From positions 8,804,001-8,868,000 of the forward strand of contig NC_135770.1 in NCBI RefSeq assembly GCF_052425735.1: DNA of 64,000 bases, in the 5' to 3' direction. Below the pieces are notes generated by a model. The model ran no database searches. It had not been told where the DNA came from and worked only from the letters and a program-made list of their open reading frames with translations. Below are positions 39,401 through 50,400 of the stretch, one piece after another; within the stretch, counting starts at the first letter, position 1, and every line of letters starts with the position of its first letter. A program made the position numbers and the translations under genes. Source of the DNA: Oculina patagonica (Eukaryota).

Positions 39401-42400
39401 ATATTTTTGCCGAACTGACGACAAAGACCAGTGATCCAGCTGGGAAGATAGCACAGCATAAACGCTGCAATGATAATGCTGATGTCGACAGCTGCCTTCT
39501 TCTCTCCTCTTCTCCTTGTCATCTCTTGCTGCTGGCTTTCAGATCCGCTTATGGTTCCCACTTGGACAGCTACTGTGTTTCTCTGCAGAATTCTCGCCGT
39601 CTTGAAGACCCTCCAATTTAGGAACGTGATTATCAAAAATGGAATGACAAAAAATATAAGCGCGATGGAGATCTTTTTCAGTCCAGATAGGGATCCGCTC
39701 TGTACGGACCATCCTTGTTCGCAGTAGAACAGTTCTGGGTTGTAAACGTAAGTTCCCCAACCGACGAATGGAGCGATGGAAAATGGAATCGGAACTATCC
39801 AGATGAGGGCAATAAACACCATTCTGGACTTAGTTATCGTACCATCGTATGTCAAAGGAGATTTGACTATGGCGTTGTATCGCTCATAAGACACGGCTAT
39901 CAGATGAAGAACCGTGTTAAGGTAGAAGTATCTTGAAAAGAATGGATTGAGAAAACACATCGTCTGGCCGTATAGCCATCTTTCTTGTGCTATGCTTGCG
40001 ATGCGGAATGAGTTTGTGAGAATTAAAAAGAGAAAATCTGAAACAGCGAGGCTGGCGAGTAGAACATACCGCATCACATGAAATCTTCTCTCCAAGAGGA
40101 TCGTCACTATTACCAGTAAATTTCCAGGAAGACCGATCACGTTGAAAATGGCGCGGAATACTGCAATGACTTGGGGAAAAACCATGTTTGATGTGAAACC
40201 GTTTCGACAGGAGTTCTTGTGTGTCTCTGGTCTGGGAATGTGGCAGCATCTATGTTAACTTAGAATAATAATTAGCATTTCACGAGAATGCGTTTAATAC
40301 TTTTCTGTTTTGGAACAAATGGGGCGGAAATTGGGATTGACATAACTTTGAAAGAAATCATACTTACAATAACAACATTTTTTATTTTTTCTTTGCTTAA
40401 AAAAGACAAATTTTCTTTATACTTACTTCCGTACATGTGAAATTAGCCTTCGTATCAGGTAATAAAGTCTTAACCGTAAGTTTACGAGCAATTGTAATTT
40501 TTTCCTCTGAGGTTTTCAATAAAAGTATAATCACATATATTGTATAAAACTTAAGTGAGAACTTAAATCGAAATCATTTCAGTTTATTTTTTAGTTAGCT
40601 TGGATACTTTTTACTAACGCCAAACTGCTTAACGCTTAACTTTAGAGGGCGTAATCTCCCTGTATTTTATCCAACAAATGTGCAGATGTCAAATTTATCT
40701 GAAATACGCAGTTACTACAAATAACAAGTCAAACTAATTAGGGAAGGATTAAGTTTTCTTTGACTCGAAATTTTCTACGGGAAGGAAAACGTCAAGTGGT
40801 ACTTAACAAACAAACTGAGCACGTTTTGACAGTTGTCATGGTTGCAATTGTCACCGTGGTGTATCGTTACAATAGGTTACAGCTGTTAGCCAATCAAGAC
40901 ATGCGTTGCATGCATCTTCAGTTATTTCATAAATTTGTATGACATCAAACTGTTCATAGAAAGATCACACTTTCAGCAGCACAATATTTTGGTCGCCCAC
41001 TACCTCTTGGAACGAGACTTGTCATTGGTTCTCAAAACAATCCTGAACAAGTCACAAGAATGTCCCAGCACTAGAAAACAACAGGTGTGAATGAAAATAG
41101 AGGTTCTAAAGTGTTATGTTTTTCTGCAAGATTTTGAGTGAGAAAATATGTTTAACGACATATGCTTTTTTAGACGAAATTCAAATTTTGTGGCTTTAAA
41201 GAAGCTGCATCGTTAAGCATTTGTGAACTAAATTTTATTCAAACAGAATTCGAAGTAACGTACCAAAGACTTTGCCTCACTTTGGCCCTTTCCAGAAAAC
41301 ACTGAGTAACCAAACATGAAACTAATATTCATTCAGCTCGTTCTCCCTATGTCACAAAACTGAAAATTTAGTCTTAAATATTCTCATGCTCCTTTAAAAC
41401 CGTGAGAAACAGATTGCACCAATCTAAAACACACACTATTGTTTTATATTAGAATTTATTATATACGAACCCGAGGCTGGGATTTTGAAAAGAATATAAT
41501 TTTGTGTGTTGATTGTAGATACAATACAACTATATGTTTTAAACTAAACCGTATTAAATTATTCTTTCTCTAAACATCAAAACTTGTCAATAAAACGACA
41601 AAAACCTGCACTAGCAAATGTTCGATGCTAATGACAGTTCGATGAACGATACATGTAATATAATTATGGTATACAGCACAAACGGAAATGTCATACAAAA
41701 AAATCTTAGAATATTCACAAGATTTTTTCAGCCCAACATTTCCAGAAGAAATAAAAATATTCAGCCTGGGAGCTGAAAAACAATATTCTTATAGAAAAAA
41801 AAAGAGTGTAACAGCGCTGGACTCTATAAAGCGTTTCCTTTAAGACTGCTGCTTGGTGAAAGTTGCTACCCAAATTACGATCTTTGAATTTCTAGATTTG
41901 TGTGGGCAAATAAATGGTGACGAGTGAAATAAGGAAATAATTTCGATATAACGCAGGTGAAATTACGTTAAAATTATTTCCTAATAAAACGATTATACCA
42001 TTCGATTACCTTTTAATATCACGAGTGACAAATTACGCTCCCGATCGTGGGTTTTTGACTTGTTTTATATTGTATCGAGAAGTCCAAACATTGAAAGGTT
42101 GAAATCATAATTATGTCGTGGTTCAACTTTACCCTTAGTACAATTTGGTATTTTCCTTTGTTGTATATTCATTATCATATATATACACGACAAGAAAGGA
42201 AAATACCAAATTGTACCAAGGGTATAATTGAACCACAAAACATACATTTTGGTCAAAGTCTTTCTGACTTTTTCGGCAAAAAGCCCTTTAGAATCCTTCT
42301 TGCTGTTAAGAAAATGTTTCAAAGTTGAGTCAACTGTCAAATCTTCCATACAAGATTGACTACAATTCGTCATGAATGAACTGAAAACGACGCCCGTGTA

Positions 42401-45400
42401 AAATGCGCTAAAAAATCCGCTGGAGGCCATTTATGTAATTGGCGTCGTGTTTCGAAGTCGTTTTGACGTTTTGAAGTATAAATTTCGCTAAAACTTTATT
42501 GTATGGCCAAAGGAAACTAAACTAGATGAACATACGAAAAAAATAATAATAAAAAAGCTTTCACCCTACTTGAATTACTGCAAGTAAAATAAGCTGACTC
42601 AGTGTTTAGATTGGTACAATCTGTTTCTCACGGTTTTAAAAAAACATAAGAATATTTAGGAGTAAATTCTCAGTTTTGTGACATAGGTTGAGCGAGCTGA
42701 ATGACTACCGTAAAATTCCGGTTATAAGCCCTGGGCTTAGAGGTGTTTGTTGGGCCTATAAACGGAGGGGCTTATATCGGGGGGGGGGGGGGGGGGGTTA
42801 TAAGCAGAATAACAAAAACGTTTCGATACGAGCCACGACAGTGTTGATCGAAATAAGTTTTTAAGTTAAAAAGTCATAATACAGCAACATTTAGCCCTGT
42901 TCAGTTCTGTCATCCAGCAAGCGGGAGGGCTTATAACCAGAACTTTACAGTATTAGTTTCGTGTTCGGTTACTCAGTGATCTCTGGAGAGGGCCGAAATG
43001 AGGCCCTTACTTCAAATTCTGTTCGAATAAGATTCTGTTCACAATTACCTAATGATGCAGCTTCTTTAAAGCCACATAATTTGAATTTCGTGTAAAAAAG
43101 CATATGTCGTTAAACATATTTTCCCACTCAAAATCTTGCAGAAAGCCATAACACTTTAGATCCTCCATTTTCATCCCCCCCTTCTTGAACACTACTTCTG
43201 TTGTTTTCTAGTGCCAAGGACATTCTTGTGACTTGTTCATGATTGTTTTGAGAATCAATAGCACGTCTCGTTCCAAGAGGTAGTGGGCGAGCCAAACTTT
43301 GAGCTGCTGAAAATGTGATCTTTCTGTGAATAGCTTGATGTCATACAGTTTATGAAATAACTGAAGATGCATGCTACGCATGTCTTGATTGGCTAACAGC
43401 TGTAACCTATTGTAACGATACACCACGGTGATAATTGTATCCATGAAACAACAACAATTGCCAAAACGTGCTCAGTTTTTTTTTTCGTGAAGAACCACTT
43501 GACGTTTTCCTTCCCGTAAAAATTTCAAGTCAATAAAATCTTAATCCTCTCCTAATAAGTTTGGCTTGTAACTGCGTATTTTAGATAAGTGTGACATCTG
43601 CACATTTGTTGGAAAAATTCACGGAGATTACGCCCTCTAAAGTAACACTAAAAACAGTTTGGTGTTGTTCAAAGGTATCTTAGCAAACTAAAAAATATAC
43701 TAAAATAATTTCGATTTTAGTTCTCAGTTTAATTACATAAATGTGATTGCTATACTATTACTAAAAACTTTCAAGCAAAAATTCACAATTGATCGTAAAC
43801 TTTAACACAGTTAGGGCTTTATTTGCTAATACGAAGGCTAATTTCATATGTACGGAAGTACGTGCAGTTTAAGCAAAGAAAAATAGACATTGTTGTTCTT
43901 ATTGTTAGTCTGAATTCTTTCAAAGTTATTTCAATCCCAATTCCGCCTCATTTGTTTTAAAACAGAAAAGTATTAAACGCATTCTCGTGAAATGCTAATT
44001 ATTATTCTAAGTTAACATAGATGTTGCCGTATTCCCAGATCAGACGAAAACAGGAACTCCTGTCGAAACGGTTTCACATCAAACATGGTTTTCCCCCAAG
44101 TCATTGCAGTATTCCGCGCCCTTTTCAACGTGATCGGTCTTCCTGGAAATTTACTGGTAATAGTGACGATCCTCTTGGAGAGAAGATTTCATGTGATGCG
44201 ATATGTTCTACTCGCCAGCCTCGCCGGGTCAGATTTTCTCTTTCTAATTCTCACGAACTCATTCCGCATCGCAAGCATAGCGCAAGAAAGATGGCTATAC
44301 GGCCAGACGATGTGTTATCTCAATCCATTCTTTGCAAGATACTTCTACCTTAACACGATTCTTCATCTGATAGCCGTGTCTTACGAGCGATACAGCGCCA
44401 TAGTCAAATCACCTTTGACATACGATGGTACGATTACCAAGTCCAGAGTGGTTCAAATTGCGCTCATCTGGGTGGTACCGATTCCGTTTTGCATCGGTCC
44501 ATTCCTCGGTTGGGGAAATTACGTTTACAACCCGGAGCTGTTCTACTGCGAACAAGGATGGTCGGTGCAGAGCGGAGCCATTGCCGGAAAAATAGTCTTT
44601 CTTGCGCTTATTTCCTTTGTCGCGCCCTTTCTGGTAATCGTGTTCCTAAATTGGAGGGTCTTCAAGACAGCGAAAATCCTTCAGAGGAACACAGTAGCTG
44701 TCCAAGTGGAAACCACTAGCGGATCTGGGAACCAGTTGTCAGAGATGTCCAGGAGAATGAGAGAGAAGAAGGCAGCTGTCGATGTCAGCATTATCATTGC
44801 AGCGTTTTTGCTGTGCTATCTTCCCGGCTGGATGACTGGTCTTTGTCGTCAGTTCGGCAAAAATGTGGAAGTTCCAGCCGAGGCCATTCTATCTACAAAT
44901 TGCATCTTCACTGTCAGCTCACTGTGCAACCCAATCGTCTATTCCATCCGAAAGAGAGAATTTCGAGCCGGGATAAAGAATGTGCTGAGGCGGATGGGAG
45001 TTTGTGGAACTTTCAGGCAACATCAACGATATCGCGATTCACGCAAATGCTGACTCGAGAAGACAAGCTAACCTTGGCACAGAAGCTTGGACTTCAAGAA
45101 TCGCACAGCAAAACTCGCCCAATACCTTCAGGATAGAAGACATTGTGGAGGCAAGGGACGTGCTGGAGTGACTGTTACACAGAAAATGCATTTCTGCGAT
45201 TTAAGAAATTCCGAATACCTGAACATGATTGTGGAGAACACGATGACTAAATATCGATCAACCTACAATGTTTCGATGTAAACTTGTCGTTGTATTTAAT
45301 TAAGTCTTCTTTCTTTCGCTGTTTTCCTTGAAGTGATCTATTGGATTTTATGCAACAGCCCGAAGTGGCCGTCAAAACAATTTTTGTACGTTTTTTTTTT

Positions 45401-47375
45401 CATCGGACATTTTTAGCTCTTTTCGCCGTTCTCTGAGTAACGTGAAATCACCAAATTCTGCCGTGTAAATTCAATTTTCTATTTGGAATTGATCGCTGTC
45501 TTTAAATATTCAGCTGAAGATAGCTCTGAAATCTATAGACAAGCTGAATGATTGATCTAGTTTATCGCAAAGTCCTTAAGTAAAATGAAAATTAACAGTG
45601 TCTTTGATCGACGTTATCATACTCCCTAATTTGAATTCATCTACGGCCGATGCGGCGTTTCGTTTTCAAATTTATCCGATTTAGTGTGGACGGTGAAATT
45701 ATTGAAACGATACGAAAACGAAAGTGTGGACGGAAAACATTTTATCCGTTTTCAGGGGCGAAAACTTCGTTTTCAAATTTATCCGGATTAGTGTGGACGG
45801 GGCCTACTAGAAGAAAAAACATTACGCGGATAAAATCCTTTTTATTATTTGTTGTAAATCACAACAGATATTTTCAAGCAATTGTACTCAAACAATTTTA
45901 AATTTCCTAAGACCGGGGAAAGCGTATTTTAAGTGTTAATGATTTTTTGGGTGAATTTCTTGGGCGACAATAATCACCTTTGATATTAAAATAACTGCTG
46001 GCCTACATGTACACTGATTTTAGGGAAAAAAATAACATACTGTTTTTTTTTTTTTGCTGTTGTGGCTTGTATAGAGTACTGTATGATTGTAAATCCAAAT
46101 TAAAAATTAATATGGATATCAGTGGAATAAATATACTTGTCCATATGGATTGTATCGAGAATAAACATTTTATGAGTCAAATGAGTCATGAGTCATGTTT
46201 TAAAGGGACTGTGTCACGGCTTAGTTAATTTTATGTTATTAAATTTTGTCAAATATTCGCTATAAAACTAAACGTTTGCAAAGAAATTTATTGTATGATT
46301 CTTAATGACAAAACCATAGCTTCATTACGGCCAAATGTGTCTCCCAGGCGTTATAATTTAAAGTTACAAGCAGACAAGATTAACTTTAAAAGCTGTTCCG
46401 CCGGATCATATTTCAAAAATCCATATCGCAATCCTTTTCAATCTTCGATACTTTTGGCCATCCGTGCGTTCTTTTGCATTTGTTGTGTTATTTAAATATT
46501 CCTTCACTGTTTTAAGAGGTTATTTTATATATTAAAATGAATTTGCTTCATCATTTCCTATGCCTAAGTTTGGCTGAAATCCGTGACACGGTCACTTTGA
46601 GCGGCAAATTAACTTGTTTCATGTCCCACAAAATTAGTTACGATTTTTTCGTACACCCCCTATCGATGCCACACGTGCCATTAGCAAGGTGCTTCCATGA
46701 AAATTACGATTTCGCAAAACTGGGACCTGATCTCAAATCAACTAGCTAACATTTGTAAGGGCAAGATCTGGTCTACAAATAACTTAATGAAAATTTGTTG
46801 GCACTCGTTATAGAAAGGTAGAAAAGCTTGCAGCAAATTCACCAAAATTGCAAATCTCATTACTATTCGGTGATTTTGAAGGCTGTTTCTTTGTTCTTCA
46901 ATTGTATTTAAAAAACATTTTAAACCCGCCGTTGAATGAAAAATAGATTATATAACAGTTGAGACATGACAGTGTTTGTTAAGGTAGCCTGAATTTTGTA
47001 CAAAATCTTCCTGAGACCAACATGTAGTCCATCAGGCATTACCCGGAGCTACAACAGTTATAACCCACCGCTTACTCATTGCGCCGCTCGTTGAACAAAA
47101 CGCATCATGTGGTACAAAATCGGGCGACGGGTATCGGGCAATATACCCCGACCGATTTGATATCCGTCGCCCGAATAATCCTCCAACTACAAAACAAACA
47201 AAGTCCCCTTTTCAGGTCTAACTTTTTAACAAAATCACAGTGTTAAAAAGAATACGTTAACCAATTAACTTGTATTCATTTCAACTGCAATTATGCCGTG
47301 ATTATCACTGTAGGTTTTCTTCAGCTTACCGGCCATATAGCGCGTTTCCACAGTTGCCACAGGTTTCACAATATC

Positions 47376-47462
<87 letters not shown>

Positions 47463-50400
47463 CCTTTATTTGAGTGTCAAAACTGAAATAGCAGTAATAA
47501 AACCACTAAATGGGGACACTTTAAAGTAGAAGAAAAATAACAGAATCTAAAGAATAACAGAATCCCTCGAAGCTTCGCGTCTCGGCCAAATGTTCATTTT
47601 CGGACAATCTTTTACCCTCGGCCATTTTCCTCCAATTTACCAGCCGTCTGATTTACTAATTAACTTGTTTTTCCTAAAATCAATGTAGACCGGCAGTTAT
47701 TTTGATTTCAAAGGAAATTATTGTTGCTCAAGACATTGAACCAAAAGTTCTTTACGGAAAATCATTAACACTCTTGAAACGCATCCCACGGCCTCAGGAA
47801 ATTCAAGATTGTTTGAGTACAATTGCTTTAAAATATATGTTACGTTAGTTATCACAAATAACCAAAAGGTGTCCTGTTCAATTCCTTGAAAAGAAAAGAT
47901 CACGTACGGACGTATTCTCTAACAGGAAATATCAGAATGTCCAAATAAATATGCAAAACGGAGGGTTCTTAGTTAAAGACAGTCGATACATCTAGATATA
48001 CTTGAAAACGACAATGTAGCATTTTGGAATCAGCATGGGTTTCCCCCAAGTCATTGCAGTGTTTCACGCGCTTTTCAACGTGATCGGTCTTTCTGGAAAT
48101 TTACTGGTAATAGTGACGATCGTCTTGGAGAGAAGATTTCATGTGATGCGATATGTTCTACTCGCCAGCCTCGCCGGGTCAGATTTTCTCTGTTTGATCC
48201 TCACCAACTCATTTCGCATCGCAAGCATAGCACAAGAAAGATGGCTATACGGCCAGACAATGTGTTTTCTGAATCCATTCTTTGTGCGATACTTTTACTT
48301 TAACACGGTTCTTCATCTGATAGCCGTGTCTTATGAGCGATACAGCGCCATAGTCAAATCACCTTTGACATACGATGGTGCGATTACCAAGTCCAAAGTG
48401 GTGTTTATTGCTCTCATCTGGATAGTTCCAATTCCATTTTCCATCGGTCCATTTCTCGGTTGGGGAAACTACGTTTACAACCCAGAAGTTTTCTTCTGCG
48501 AGCAAGGATGGTCCGTACAGAGCGGATCCATTGCCGGAAACATAGTCTTTCTTGCAATTATTTCGTTTGTTTTGCCTTTTCTGGTAATCGTGTTCCTTAA
48601 CTGGAGGGTCTTCAAGACAGCGAAAATTCTTCAGAGAAACGCTGTGATGACAGTCCAAGTCGGAACCCCAAGCGAGTCTGAAAGGCAGTTTCAAGAGATG
48701 TCAAGGGAAATTACAGAGCGAAAGGCAGCTGTCGATGTCAGCATTATCATTGCAGCGTTTTTGGTGTGCTTTCTTCCTGGGTGGATTACTGGTATTTGCC
48801 GTCAGTTTGTCAAGAGCTCGAAAGTTCCAGCTGAGGTTATTCTATCTACAACTTGTATCTTCTTTGTCAGTTCGCTGTGTAACCCGATCATCTATTCCAT
48901 TCGTAAAAGAGACTTTCGAAGCGGGGTTAAGGACATGTTGAGGCGGATTGGAATCAATGGAAGTACTTACGACATCAGTGATGGCACAGGCGCAAGATCG
49001 GAGGCATTTTTCTTGAGAATAACAACAGAATCACTCGCCAAAAGAGAACTCTATCAGAATGGAATATTTCATTCAAACCGTTTCGGAGTGACGTCACAAA
49101 GACCCTGTCTCTCTCCCATTCCAGAGATCGACGAGTAACTGAACATGAGTGAAACTCAATAGATTTCGCTCTGCATACGACAGAGCACTGAGAGTCCACT
49201 CCGAAATATTTTCACGCTTCTTAAAAACAGTAGCAATCCCCCCCCTTTCGTGTTTATCGTTTAAATGTAAATAATGTGAATAAACTTAACTTTTATGAAA
49301 CATATATATAGCAACTTATAACAACAAAGAGGTAAAAATGTGTGAAAATATTAATGAAGTAAAAATATGTAACAAATTTTGTAAAAAGAATTTACAAAGT
49401 AGTTGCTAAAAGCAATAAAAAGCATGCAAAGCTAAGACGTTTCGACCGCTCTTCGGTCATTATCAAGCTAAATGTAAGAAATAAAATTTGCATAGATATA
49501 TATATAGCTACAAAGAGGTAAAAATGTGTGAAAATATTAATGAAGTAAAAATGTAAAAAAGTTACATATTTTTAGGAAACAGTTCCTTTTTTCTTGTCCT
49601 TTCTATGTAGCTTAGTCAGGCGGTGTTGGACACGACTCGCAAAGCATGCCGGAAGAAATTTTCAATTGTACTTATTATCGTCTGATCGCCGATCTGTAAA
49701 CATCTCCTCGCGGTGCGAAGATATTTCAATGCTGAAAGAAATATCGGAGAAAATCCACATCAAATCTTTCGCGAGCCTAGTAGCACCTATAGATGATCAT
49801 AGATGCGTATTGCTGGATTCATAAAGGCGACATTTTACGGCGGAACAACTCATATTTTGGATTCGAAATATCGCGGTTCGTCGACTATTGTAAATATTAT
49901 TCGATTCTAGCACGTTTGTGATCGAAGTAAACGGGCTAAAATCTAAAATCTTTGGCGCTTTGCTTTTCAGAAATGTTGAGTAATGAATGAAGTACGTCGA
50001 TGTACTGCTGGCCAACGCAGTTCGCCCTATTGTGGTTTTTGATGGTTTTTCGCTGAGTTGTTTTACTTGGAGAGCCCAACGGCCGTTTTGATAGATACGG
50101 TATGCCGAAAATCGGCCAAACAAAATGATGATATAAACACTTAATAATATTCGTCTTCTGAATAGATAGGTGGAACAAATGCATATTTCTAGTTCTTCGA
50201 GCGAGTTGCGCGAAGGATAAGTGGAACACATGTATATTTATCGTTCTATTAAAGCGTGCTGCGCAAAGGATAAGTGAAGTACATGCATATTTTTCATTGT
50301 TTATGTCAGGTTGCGCGAAGGATAAGTGGAATACGTGTATATTTTTTGTTCTAAATTAAAGCGGGTGCGCGAAGTATAAGTGGAGTACATGCAAATTTGT

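Larger units (their letters stand above)
37482..46124. repeat. Large inverted segmental duplication (arms ~37482-41370 and ~42663-46124) carrying GPCR copies 3 and 4
   Basis: Inverted homology runs through CDS and both flanks. Outer ends: gatatccatattaattttta / taaaaattaatatggatatc. Inner ends: cattcagctcg...ctatgtcacaaaactga / tcagttttgtgacatagg...cgagctgaatg. Confidence 0.85.

Noticed and set aside
47270-47486. Poly-Asn / poly-Ile ORFs
   Set aside because: Translations of the (AAT)n microsatellite.
39097-49138. Assigning the GPCRs as adrenergic, histamine or trace-amine receptors
   Set aside because: No Asp3.32; only generic class A motifs, so no gene symbol is given.
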